Part shown: positions 10,123 through 18,560 of the stretch, in pieces
Numbering within the stretch: position 1 is the first letter of the stretch
Layout: every line of letters starts with the position of its first letter
Source: a virus
Taxonomy: Duplodnaviria > Caudoviricetes
Virus record (IMG/VR): IMGVR_UViG_3300036971_000130
Strand: one strand, 5' to 3'
DNA length: 64,000 nucleotides
Translations under genes and position numbers: made by a program
Notes under the pieces: generated by a model
The model's input: only the letters and a program-made list of their open reading frames with translations
Told to the model about the DNA's origin: nothing
Databases searched by the model: none

Positions 10123-10982
10123 TACGACCTCGTCACGCTGTCGATGCCGTCGAAGAACATCTTGGCGAACCAGCGAACAGGTCGGAGAGACGACCTGAAG
10201 GCCCGCTCCTTCCACATGTCTCGGCGGTTCTGCTTGGCCTGCTTCTCAGCTTCGATGTTCCGCTCCCGGAACGCCCGGTCCTGGTCCACTAGCTTCTGCT
10301 CGTTCACCTGGTGGCGTTCGAGGTGCCGCTGCATCGCTTCGACAGCGTTCGAGTCGATGTAGGGGTCGCCGTAGTCGTCGACGCTCGTGACGATGTACCC
10401 GCTCCATCCAGCGGCCCTGGCCTTGTTGTGGAGGTCGATGATGCCGGGGAGGTTCCGGGCTGGGACCATCTGCGACTTCCGAGGCGAGTCGATCAACTGG
10501 TCCGGGTTGTTGTCCTCGATGTGGTGAAGGGACCGGATGATGTAGTCCCGGTTCTCGTCACCTCGGTCGTAGAAGTCGTCGTCAGCGAGAGGTCGGACCG
10601 GGAACCCGTCCTCAGGCTCGACCAGCGGAGCCCTCTGCTCCATGTCGGCCAGCAGTGCTTCTCTCGCTCGGTCCGCCCGAGCCCAGTCGGGTTCGTTCGG
10701 GTAGTCGTCTGCGGTGATGTCGCTGACACCATCCCAGAGGTCTCCTTCTGGTGCGGAGCGATCCAGCCACTCCCCGAACTCGGGGTCGTCCATGAGGATG
10801 TCGTCGTAGTTGTCGTCGTCGTCGTCGGTGAGGTCGCTGGTGAGGTCGAGTTCGGGTCCTCGACCGAAGTCCGTCCTGTCGAACCGGCCACGGTCTCGGT
10901 TCTGGCTGTGGCTGTGATGAGCGTCGCCGTGATGGCGGCTACCATCCTGCGGAGGTCGGAACGAGGGGGAGAATCCAGGCAT
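10122..10982 (-). CDS. Acidic hypothetical protein with N-terminal RDRGRF...DL tag; probably leaderless
   Basis: 286 aa ORF; CCAATAGTT sits 5 nt before the ATG and there is no RBS. Confidence 0.7.
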   Translation of the reverse strand: MPGFSPSFRPPQDGSRHHGDAHHSHSQNRDRGRFDRTDFGRGPELDLTSDLTDDDDDNYDDILMDDPEFGEWLDRSAPEGDLWDGVSDITADDYPNEPDWARADRAREALLADMEQRAPLVEPEDGFPVRPLADDDFYDRGDENRDYIIRSLHHIEDNNPDQLIDSPRKSQMVPARNLPGIIDLHNKARAAGWSGYIVTSVDDYGDPYIDSNAVEAMQRHLERHQVNEQKLVDQDRAFRERNIEAEKQAKQNRRDMWKERAFRSSLRPVRWFAKMFFDGIDSVTRS

Positions 10983-11065
10983 ACTCCAACTATTGGCGGC
11001 TGGCTGGTCAACCCGCCACCCATGATGATCTGGAAGTACTCACCCGAATAGGACATTCCACCCAA

Positions 11066-11536
11066 ATGCTCAACCGCATGAAAACCGAGACACACGAAGA
11101 AATCTCCCGTCGATGGTTCCCCGAGGGAACGTTCGTTCGGTCGGATGGTGGCGTCTTCTTCAGCCCTGTCGTCGGTGGCCGTTGGGAGGTCCACCTGAAT
11201 GATGGGACCTACATCCTCTACGACAGCGTGGGACGCTTCTCGACAGCCCCGTGCCCCATCTCAGGCATCTACCCGATCGTCTCGAAGCTCGAAGCTCGGA
11301 TGGTCCACTGCTCCGGTCTGAACCTCGAAGACTACGACCTCGCTGTCCTGCCGTCGGGGGTTATCGACCTCAACATCGAGATGGTGAACGGCAACGTCGA
11401 TCTCCTGGCGATGGTCTCGAAGCATGACAGGTCGGTCGAGACCATCGGTCTGTTCGGTACCTACCAGGGGGCGGTCTCACTCGCCAGCCTCGTCGGCTAC
11501 AGTCGAGACGACTGGGAAGGCGTCCTCGTATCGTGA
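11066..11536 (+). CDS. Hypothetical protein
   Basis: 156 aa ORF with globular composition; GTGA coupling to the next ORF. Confidence 0.6.
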   Translation: MLNRMKTETHEEISRRWFPEGTFVRSDGGVFFSPVVGGRWEVHLNDGTYILYDSVGRFSTAPCPISGIYPIVSKLEARMVHCSGLNLEDYDLAVLPSGVIDLNIEMVNGNVDLLAMVSKHDRSVETIGLFGTYQGAVSLASLVGYSRDDWEGVLVS

Positions 11537-11829
11537 GCGACAACGAAGTGGAAGTCGAAGCGAGCCAAGCCGATCTCGAAACGATGCTGGTGCAGAACCG
11601 GCCGTTGAGGATCGAGGCGATCGACAGATCAACCATGTTCGTTGTCGGCTCCGAGCCGAACTCGTCCCACTGCTACCGAGAGGTCGACGGCCAGGTTGTC
11701 TGGTCCGCCAACATCAGCGGACGAGATCACAGCAGGCAGTTGGCTGCGTTGTTCGACGTGTTCACGTCCCGGCCTGTCGTGTTCTGGTCCTTCGACCCGT
11801 CGAGGACTTTTTCCTTCGGACGACCCTGA
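11533..11829 (+). CDS. Hypothetical protein
   Basis: 98 aa ORF, translationally coupled to the upstream gene. Confidence 0.55.
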   Translation: MSDNEVEVEASQADLETMLVQNRPLRIEAIDRSTMFVVGSEPNSSHCYREVDGQVVWSANISGRDHSRQLAALFDVFTSRPVVFWSFDPSRTFSFGRP

Positions 11830-11842
11830 TCCTCCACGTCGT

Positions 11843-11864
11843 TGTCAGCCCCCTCCGGTAAGGT
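11843..11864 (+). promoter_or_regulatory. PafBC/RecA-NDp-type promoter, TGTCAG-N10-TAAGGT
   Basis: Exact spacing match to TGTC[AG]G-N10-TAnnnT. It precedes a 43-aa ORF (11899-12030) and the ORF at 12042. Confidence 0.65.
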
Positions 11865-12041
11865 GGCGGCAACAACTACGGATGAGGGGATCATCACCAT
11901 GAGAGAGCGTTGCTCTGTCTTTTTCAACACCAAGATCATGTACGAGTACCACCCGGTGATCGTGCGCCAACGTCGTCGGGCCCGTCTGGCTGCGGCGGCG
12001 ATGATCGCTTCCAAGTCAACGAGCGTGTAGTATGGGTGGGT

Positions 12042-12344
12042 ATGTCCGATCACCCCATCACACGGACCGTCTACCGACACACCGTCGACCACCTCTCAGG
12101 TGATCGTTCGGCCAAAGGCCGATGCCTCGAAGTGCTCCGGTTCTTCGGTCATGGGGAAGCCACGTTCGAGGCCATCTGCGCCGCCGTCCTCCAAGCACGG
12201 AACGCTGCTGTCGATGCCAGCCCGCTCTACGAGGGGCCTTCGACGCTCATGCTCTCGATCTCACGTTTCGAGCGTGAGACGATGAAGCAGCAGATGTCCG
12301 TCGATGCCGTCTGCTCGTTCCTGACTCGACTCGCACCAGCCTGA
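12042..12344 (+). CDS. Hypothetical protein
   Basis: ATG 12042 (MSDHPIT...) within track ORF 11910..12344; TAGTAT lies just upstream. Confidence 0.5.
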   Translation: MSDHPITRTVYRHTVDHLSGDRSAKGRCLEVLRFFGHGEATFEAICAAVLQARNAAVDASPLYEGPSTLMLSISRFERETMKQQMSVDAVCSFLTRLAPA

Positions 12345-12383
12345 CCTCTACCGATCCGTCAGTCGACGGGCTACGCTGAGGAC

Positions 12384-12581
12384 ATGCCAGCCACACCACA
12401 GCAACACAAGGTCAGGCAGGATCGTCCCCTCGGCGTCATGTTCCGTGCCTGCACAAGATGCAAGGAAGTGAAGCGGACGAGGACCGACTTCAGATGGATG
12501 CCCGGCCGGGTCAGGTTCCACCCGTGGTGCCTGCGGTGTGAAGCAGACCGTCGGAAGTTCAGGTCACACCGGAAGCAGTAG
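12384..12581 (+). CDS. Small basic Zn-finger protein
   Basis: CTRCKEVK...WCLRC; TACGCT-N6-ATG leaderless-like start. Confidence 0.5.
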   Translation: MPATPQQHKVRQDRPLGVMFRACTRCKEVKRTRTDFRWMPGRVRFHPWCLRCEADRRKFRSHRKQ

Positions 12582-12812
12582 CTTCGGTTCGTCGCCAGGC
12601 CAGTAGATGTCTTCGCAAGGCCACGGGCGAGGCTCGTTGCCGTCGAAGGACACCCATGCCTTCGGGAACCCACCCTTCATCGTGACCGCCGTCGAATCGC
12701 CAGAGCGATGCTTCTGCGGCACCTCAGCGACGACAGCAAGGTGGTGGACACCTGAAGCGTCCACCACCACGATCACGTCATCGACAGATAGCCGTCCCCA
12801 GCCGAAGCGCAT
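12564..12812 (-). CDS. Small hypothetical protein (beta-rich, possibly SH3-like)
   Basis: 82 aa ORF starting 3 nt after the upstream stop. Confidence 0.45.
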   Translation of the reverse strand: MRFGWGRLSVDDVIVVVDASGVHHLAVVAEVPQKHRSGDSTAVTMKGGFPKAWVSFDGNEPRPWPCEDIYWPGDEPKLLLPV

Positions 12813-12815
12813 CGG

Positions 12816-13334
12816 TCAGTGGTCAAGCCAATCGGGAACCATCTCACTCGGCCCCCAACCGATGAAGGAAGGCTCGTTCTGAACGTCCCACCATTCGAGA
12901 GCGTCGTACGGGGTGAAGACCCGGTCCGGCTCACCGACCTTGGATGGGAACGGAACCGGGTACGCCCGCATCCGACGCTTGTCTTCTTCGGTGAGAATGT
13001 CCTCGTGACGAAGCATCATCTCGCATCGAGCAAGCATCCGGGCTTCCTCGGAGATGATGTTGTCCGGACCACCGAGGCGTGCGGTGACCACGTCGATCAC
13101 GTCGTCGGGAACATCGACCGTGGTCCAGAACCCGACGTATTCCTCCACCGACCGGAAGTGGGGAGGGTAGACGAAACTCCCCTTCTCGACCGGCATCCGG
13201 AGGTTGTCCATCGGCTCGTGGTAGTTGGCGGTGAACTGACCGCCCTGGGGTGTTCCTGCCGCCAGACGGGCACGTCGAGCGCCAGGGGTCGTCGCCTCCC
13301 GGACGAACCGGGCAAACTTCTGTCCAAAGTTCAC
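12816..13334 (-). CDS. Hypothetical protein with N-terminal RLAAGTPQGGQF..H..NL tag
   Basis: 172 aa; GTGA coupling to the upstream gene. Confidence 0.65.
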   Translation of the reverse strand: MNFGQKFARFVREATTPGARRARLAAGTPQGGQFTANYHEPMDNLRMPVEKGSFVYPPHFRSVEEYVGFWTTVDVPDDVIDVVTARLGGPDNIISEEARMLARCEMMLRHEDILTEEDKRRMRAYPVPFPSKVGEPDRVFTPYDALEWWDVQNEPSFIGWGPSEMVPDWLDH

Positions 13335-14440
13335 CAGTCGACTCCATCCAGGTCGTTCACGATCTCATCGGGGCGGTAGCGCACACCTTCACGTCCGACG
13401 CTGAAGGGGTCGATACCGGTGGTGTCGGACTCCATCGCCTCCATGACCACATGGGTGATCGTGGTGCTGATTTCTTCCAGGCGTTCGACGATCGCCTGGA
13501 CAGGTCCGTATAGGAGTTCCTCCATCGTCACCGAGTCCGAGAAGTTCTCCCCGATCTCGGAACCGACCATCCGCCACCACTCGGCTTCGGCGTCCATCCC
13601 GCTGTAGGAGATGGCTCCGAGGTCGGCCAGGGTGCGAGTTCCGTTGATGGCTCGCATCCGGTCGATCGGCACGAGTTCCTCGTCTTCCTCGGCCATCTTG
13701 ATGATGACCGAATCGGACGTGTCGGACTCAGGAACACCGTCGGTGATGCCGAGAGCGAGACCCTCAGCGATGTCACGGAGCGCCTCAGTGTGGACCGCCC
13801 AGGTCATCTGGTAGACGAGGCCGATCCACCCTTCCGCTTCGATCATCCCCTGGTCGGGGTTGTCGGAGTTCGAGTCGATGGCGACACCGAGGTCGATGGC
13901 GTCGAGAACCTCATCGGGTTCACCGTCGAGCCACCGGGCGACACGCTCCATGTCTTCGGCGTTCGTGATGTCGAGGCCAGCCCCAGCCAGCACGTTGTAC
14001 CACTCGCCGGTCTCGACGTTGTAGAAGCCGGTCGACATCATCTCACCAGCGACACGAACAGCCCACAGGTCGTCCGATTCGAGGGTGTAGGTCGTCTCGA
14101 TCTCCTGAGCGGTGAAGGTCATCATCTCGTCGACCTCGACCTCCACCTCGTAGCGGTGGGCGAGCTTCGGCGGAAGCCACATGAGCGGGTGCGCCATCAT
14201 CCGAGGGTCGATCCCGGCCCAGCGACGACGGGAACCGCCGAACGCACCCTCCGCCGGGTAAGCGGGAGGGTAGAGCGGAATCGGAGTCGAGATCAGCGGG
14301 GTCGAAACCAGGTCGGACGGGTCCATGAGGGAGACTTCCGTCCAACGGTAGAACCGGTTGACGACCTCCAACGGATCGGCGCTGACGAACAGGGTCTCAC
14401 CAGGCTCGTGGAACCAGCGAATCCATGGACTTGCGGTCAT
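13331..14440 (-). CDS. Acidic hypothetical protein
   Basis: 369 aa; strong RBS (AAGGAG/GAGG). Confidence 0.7.
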   Translation of the reverse strand: MTASPWIRWFHEPGETLFVSADPLEVVNRFYRWTEVSLMDPSDLVSTPLISTPIPLYPPAYPAEGAFGGSRRRWAGIDPRMMAHPLMWLPPKLAHRYEVEVEVDEMMTFTAQEIETTYTLESDDLWAVRVAGEMMSTGFYNVETGEWYNVLAGAGLDITNAEDMERVARWLDGEPDEVLDAIDLGVAIDSNSDNPDQGMIEAEGWIGLVYQMTWAVHTEALRDIAEGLALGITDGVPESDTSDSVIIKMAEEDEELVPIDRMRAINGTRTLADLGAISYSGMDAEAEWWRMVGSEIGENFSDSVTMEELLYGPVQAIVERLEEISTTITHVVMEAMESDTTGIDPFSVGREGVRYRPDEIVNDLDGVDW

Positions 14441-14524
14441 ACCTCGCTCCTTCTTGTAGTCGGGTGGCTGCTACCTTGAAACTGTGACTTCGATGGACCC
14501 TCCATGGTCGGAAAGTCCGTTTGG

Positions 14525-15160
14525 CTACTCGAACCCGACGCTTCCGACAGCGAAGTCGGAGACGGAGAAGGTCCCGTTGGCCTCGGACAGCCGCACCCAG
14601 GTGGGCGTGAGCGTGTCTTCGTTGGTCAGCTTCCCGTCCTTGTTGTAGCTGTAGGTGCCACAGGAGACCCGCCAGGTGCCGGGCTTCGTCTCCGCTGCGA
14701 CGAGGAACCTGGAATCGGTCCGCCCCTCATCTGGGGTGACTCGCAGAGCGGAGAGCTTGGTGACCGCCTCGGGGGTCATCAGCGACGAGAGGCGTGCGGT
14801 GAAGGCCGTCGAGTTCTCGTTGGAGACCGAGGCAGCGTAGGCACAAGCCCAGCGGGTTGCGACCGCTTCAGCGTTCGACCGATCGACGTTCGAGAGGTCG
14901 AGATCCGACGGCGTCCACACGTCTTCGGTCTCGTCGTGCTCACCGCCGTTCTCGTTTTCCTCGGACTCGTAGTCGATGACAACGTCATCGACCTTCGTTG
15001 GCGACGTGACCTCGTTGTCGATCGTCGTCGTCGGTTTGGCCGACTTCTGGCTCACGATCGCTTCTTCGGCGTTGCGAGACTGGCGGTTCAGGAACACGAA
15101 CCCGAGGATTACGAGGATGGCGACGCAGAACATCATCATCCGGCGATCGTTCAGTGACAT
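14525..15160 (-). CDS. Membrane-anchored conjugation accessory protein (VirB8/TcpC-like architecture)
   Basis: N-terminal TM helix, acidic linker, and an alpha/beta C-terminal domain (AEAVATRW..AY); last gene of the tra operon. Confidence 0.5.
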   Translation of the reverse strand: MSLNDRRMMMFCVAILVILGFVFLNRQSRNAEEAIVSQKSAKPTTTIDNEVTSPTKVDDVVIDYESEENENGGEHDETEDVWTPSDLDLSNVDRSNAEAVATRWACAYAASVSNENSTAFTARLSSLMTPEAVTKLSALRVTPDEGRTDSRFLVAAETKPGTWRVSCGTYSYNKDGKLTNEDTLTPTWVRLSEANGTFSVSDFAVGSVGFE

Positions 15161-15161
15161 G

Positions 15162-18100
15162 TCAGCTTCCTGTCGTTGACCAGTGCCAAGACTCGCTCGG
15201 CAGGTTCTTCAGTCCGTACTTGGCTGCGTTCTGAGCCAGCCACTTGTAGCAGGCGGTTGCCCGAGTCGAGCAGTTCGCCCAGTCGATCGCAAGACCCTTC
15301 TGGTGCTGGGACTGTCCCGGCTTGGCAGTCGGGGGACGGCACGAACCGGACGGCATCTCGTAGATGGCGTACTGGGACGTACCGCAGTGCTTCTTGCGGA
15401 GTTCGATCTGGAGGGTGACGGACCGGTAGGAGTTACCGACAGCCATCGGCACACCGTCAGCGGCAGCGTCAGCGATCAACTGGTTGATGATCGGCACCAT
15501 CTGGCAGTTCGTCTCTGCGTTGCCGATCGGGCAGACAGCGACCGGAGCACCAGAGTCGATGTTCACGATCATCCCGTCGCCTCCACCGCTCACCGAGCAG
15601 TCGGTCGCCGGAGTGGCGGGGAGCCCGGTTGCGAGCCCCTTCAGGAACTCGGCATACACCTTGTAGCCCTCAACGGTGTAGTGGATGCCGTCATCGGCCC
15701 GCTTGCCCTCCATCGAGGTCTTCGCAGCGGCGTCCCAGTCGGCCACCTTCAGGTTCGGGTAGGTGCTCGTCGCTTCGGTCAGGGCGGCGTTGACCCCGTC
15801 CTTGGCGGCACCGAGCTTCGTGGAGCCGGTGTCGACGTTCACCCACTGGACCTGCTTGGTCGTGCCGACCATGTCCATGACCGACTTGATCTTGGCGGCG
15901 AAGTCTTCCTTCGTGCTCGTGTAGTCGTTCGTGCCGAGAGCGATGATGATGGCGTCGGAGTTCGGAGCTTCCTTCGTCACGATCTCCGGGGCCTCCGAAG
16001 TCGGACGACCGACCTTGGCGTCGACCGTCCACTCGCTCGGCAGCCCGGCGGTCTTCGCTCCATCGGTGAGAGAGTCACCGATGAGAAGGACTCGGGCGGG
16101 AGTTGCAGGGGTGCCTGCGACCGTCGTGGTCGTGGCCTCACCGCCAGTCGTCGTTGCACCGGCGGCAGTCGTGGTGGTAGCTCCTGCGGCCGTCGTCGTG
16201 GTAGCCCCGGACCCGGACGTGTCACTCGGAGTGCCGTTCGGGAGAGGACTGCTGTCGGAGTCGATGATGGGGAACCAGCCGACAGGGGTCGACTGGGTCA
16301 CGCCGTAGGTGGCGTTGCTCTCCTTGATGGTGGCGAGGATCGCCGCAGCATCCGGGATGGCCTCGGCGTACTTCCCAGGGTAGGCGGAGACCTGAACGTC
16401 CTGAGCGGCAACACCCGGCTCCATCGCCTCCCAACCAGCGTGATCGAGAAGACCAGGAGGGTTGCCCTTGTTCGGTCCGGTCGGACCACCGTAGAACGCC
16501 CTCGACGAGTAGATGGCGTCACCGACCTGCTCCTTGGTGCCCCATCCAGATGCGGGACGCTGCTGGAACAGACCAACCGAGTCGTGGTCGACAGCGACCT
16601 GACCGTTCAGGAGGTTGAGTTCGACGATGGCCGTCGCCAGAGCGATGATCTGTCCACGCTCGGGGACACCCATCGACTTGCCGACATCGACGATAAGGAC
16701 GGCGTTCGCCCAACGCTGCTGGGTCAGCGGGATGTTGTGCCCCTTGTAGGCGAGGATGTCACCGATCTTCAGCGGACCGCTCGTGGGAAGCGGGATGCCG
16801 GAGACACCGCTCTGCGAACCCGAACCACACGCTGGGGTCTGGTTCATCCATGCGAGCGCCGTGTTGTAGATGGTTCCGGCAACGATGTCGGAGTTCTGTC
16901 CGTCCGAGAGGCCCTTCAGTGGGAGAGCCTTGATGACGGCGAGCCAGCCCTCCTTCTCCATCTCGAAGGAACCATCGGGGCCGAACTTCTGCTCGACCTT
17001 GATGGCGTTGATCTGGCGTGCGACGTAGACCGTCGAGTCGTACGGCTTCTGGACATCGACCTCAGCCTTGTCGCTGATCGCCTTCTGTTCCTCGACGTAT
17101 GTGTTCCAAGCTTCTTCTTCGACCAGCATCATCCCGTACCACGGACCACCCTGGACCTTGATGTCCTGCTGGGTGGTGGTGGTCACCGGAGCGGTCGTCG
17201 TGGTTGCGACCGTCGTGGTCGTGTCACCTCGAACCGTGATCGGAGTTTCCGTCGTCGACGTTGCACCTTCAGCGGTGGTGGTCGTCGTCATCGACTCCGA
17301 AGCGACGTTGGTCGGGGCCATGTTCGAGATCGGCGTGTCATCCACGATCGGCGGGTCGGTGATCGGGAAGACATCGCCGTCGTGGGGGACTTCGGTGGTC
17401 GTGGTTGCGCCTTCGGGCTCGACGAACTCCACGGTCGTTGCCGTGGCGAGAGGGTGATCCTTCTCGTAGTCGTCGGGGTTGTAGTCGTTGGCGTAGTCCT
17501 CCATCATCTTGCCGTCGGCGTCGTACGGCCAGATGCGGACCTTGCCGTCTGGGGCAGCCATTCCGTGGTTGGTCTCGTACCGTCCGATGGCGGCGAGGAT
17601 CTGCCACTGGACATCGTTGTCGTTGCCGATCTGCTGGTACATCATCAGAGCGGAACCGGGCGTTCCATCACGCATGGCGTACTGTCCGGAAGCAACGTCG
17701 TTCTGCGACATCGACATCGACATGCCGCTCACGCTGATCAGGACCATGACCAGCAGGAGCCCGACCATGAGTAGCGGAGACAGGAGAGCGAGAGCGGGCT
17801 TGATGAACTCCTTCAGGCCCTTCTTCGCCGCACCTCCGATGCCGTCCTTCTTCATCGACTTGGCGAACTTCTTGCCGCCCTTGATGCCGGAGGCAACCAG
17901 GCGAGCGGGCGGTGGGGCAGCCTTCGAAACGGCGTCGAGGCCCTTGTCTGCGGCAGCTTCAGCGCCACCCTTCTTCGCTGCACCGGCAGCGGCACCGGCT
18001 GCACCTGCGGCAGCGGCCTTGCCTCCCGACTTCCCGCCCTTCTTGTCCTTGCCTGAGCGGTCGGGCGTCTCAACGCCCTTCTTGTCGTCCTTCTTGTCCT

Positions 18101-18560
18101 TGCCGATGCTGGTGAGCGCACTCGTGCCCTTGGCTGAGTCCTTCTTGTCGTCGGAGGACTCGCCGGACTTCTTCCCCTTCTTCCCGCTGCCGGTGGCGGA
18201 GACCTCGGCCTCCCCTCCACCTTCGGCTCCGGTCTCGTTGCCGTGCTCAGGAGGGTTCTCGTCGCTGTGGTCACCACTGTCGCTGTCGTCGTCGGCTTCG
18301 ACACCACGAAGTGCGGCGCTCTTGCGCTCACGTTCCTTGGCCGTCATCGTGCGACCACGACCGGACTTCGACCAGTCACGGGACGGACCACGACGGGGGA
18401 CAGCCGGGGTTTCCGGTTCGGGAGTTGGCTCCGGGGTCTGATCCTCGGAGGTCTTCTCCGGTGTCCGGTCCTCGGGCTTCTCGACAGGATCGCCCGAAGG
18501 CTGAGGACGATCCTGGTCCTCAGCCTTCTGGTCTTCTGGCTTCTCGTTCATCTCACTCAT
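15162..18560 (-). CDS. Multidomain conjugative cell-wall hydrolase: two lysozyme/transglycosylase-like domains, SGNH domain, M15 D,D-peptidase
   Basis: True start is ATG 18560 (MSEMNEK), in ATGA overlap with the VirB6-like stop. TM helix; WQILAAIGRYETNHG; IALATAIVE...DSVGLFQQRP..GWG...VQVSAYP; IGDSL/ALGTND/DGIH; SYRS...PGQSQHQKGLAID...ESWHW. Confidence 0.85.
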   Translation of the reverse strand: MSEMNEKPEDQKAEDQDRPQPSGDPVEKPEDRTPEKTSEDQTPEPTPEPETPAVPRRGPSRDWSKSGRGRTMTAKERERKSAALRGVEADDDSDSGDHSDENPPEHGNETGAEGGGEAEVSATGSGKKGKKSGESSDDKKDSAKGTSALTSIGKDKKDDKKGVETPDRSGKDKKGGKSGGKAAAAGAAGAAAGAAKKGGAEAAADKGLDAVSKAAPPPARLVASGIKGGKKFAKSMKKDGIGGAAKKGLKEFIKPALALLSPLLMVGLLLVMVLISVSGMSMSMSQNDVASGQYAMRDGTPGSALMMYQQIGNDNDVQWQILAAIGRYETNHGMAAPDGKVRIWPYDADGKMMEDYANDYNPDDYEKDHPLATATTVEFVEPEGATTTTEVPHDGDVFPITDPPIVDDTPISNMAPTNVASESMTTTTTAEGATSTTETPITVRGDTTTTVATTTTAPVTTTTQQDIKVQGGPWYGMMLVEEEAWNTYVEEQKAISDKAEVDVQKPYDSTVYVARQINAIKVEQKFGPDGSFEMEKEGWLAVIKALPLKGLSDGQNSDIVAGTIYNTALAWMNQTPACGSGSQSGVSGIPLPTSGPLKIGDILAYKGHNIPLTQQRWANAVLIVDVGKSMGVPERGQIIALATAIVELNLLNGQVAVDHDSVGLFQQRPASGWGTKEQVGDAIYSSRAFYGGPTGPNKGNPPGLLDHAGWEAMEPGVAAQDVQVSAYPGKYAEAIPDAAAILATIKESNATYGVTQSTPVGWFPIIDSDSSPLPNGTPSDTSGSGATTTTAAGATTTTAAGATTTGGEATTTTVAGTPATPARVLLIGDSLTDGAKTAGLPSEWTVDAKVGRPTSEAPEIVTKEAPNSDAIIIALGTNDYTSTKEDFAAKIKSVMDMVGTTKQVQWVNVDTGSTKLGAAKDGVNAALTEATSTYPNLKVADWDAAAKTSMEGKRADDGIHYTVEGYKVYAEFLKGLATGLPATPATDCSVSGGGDGMIVNIDSGAPVAVCPIGNAETNCQMVPIINQLIADAAADGVPMAVGNSYRSVTLQIELRKKHCGTSQYAIYEMPSGSCRPPTAKPGQSQHQKGLAIDWANCSTRATACYKWLAQNAAKYGLKNLPSESWHWSTTGS

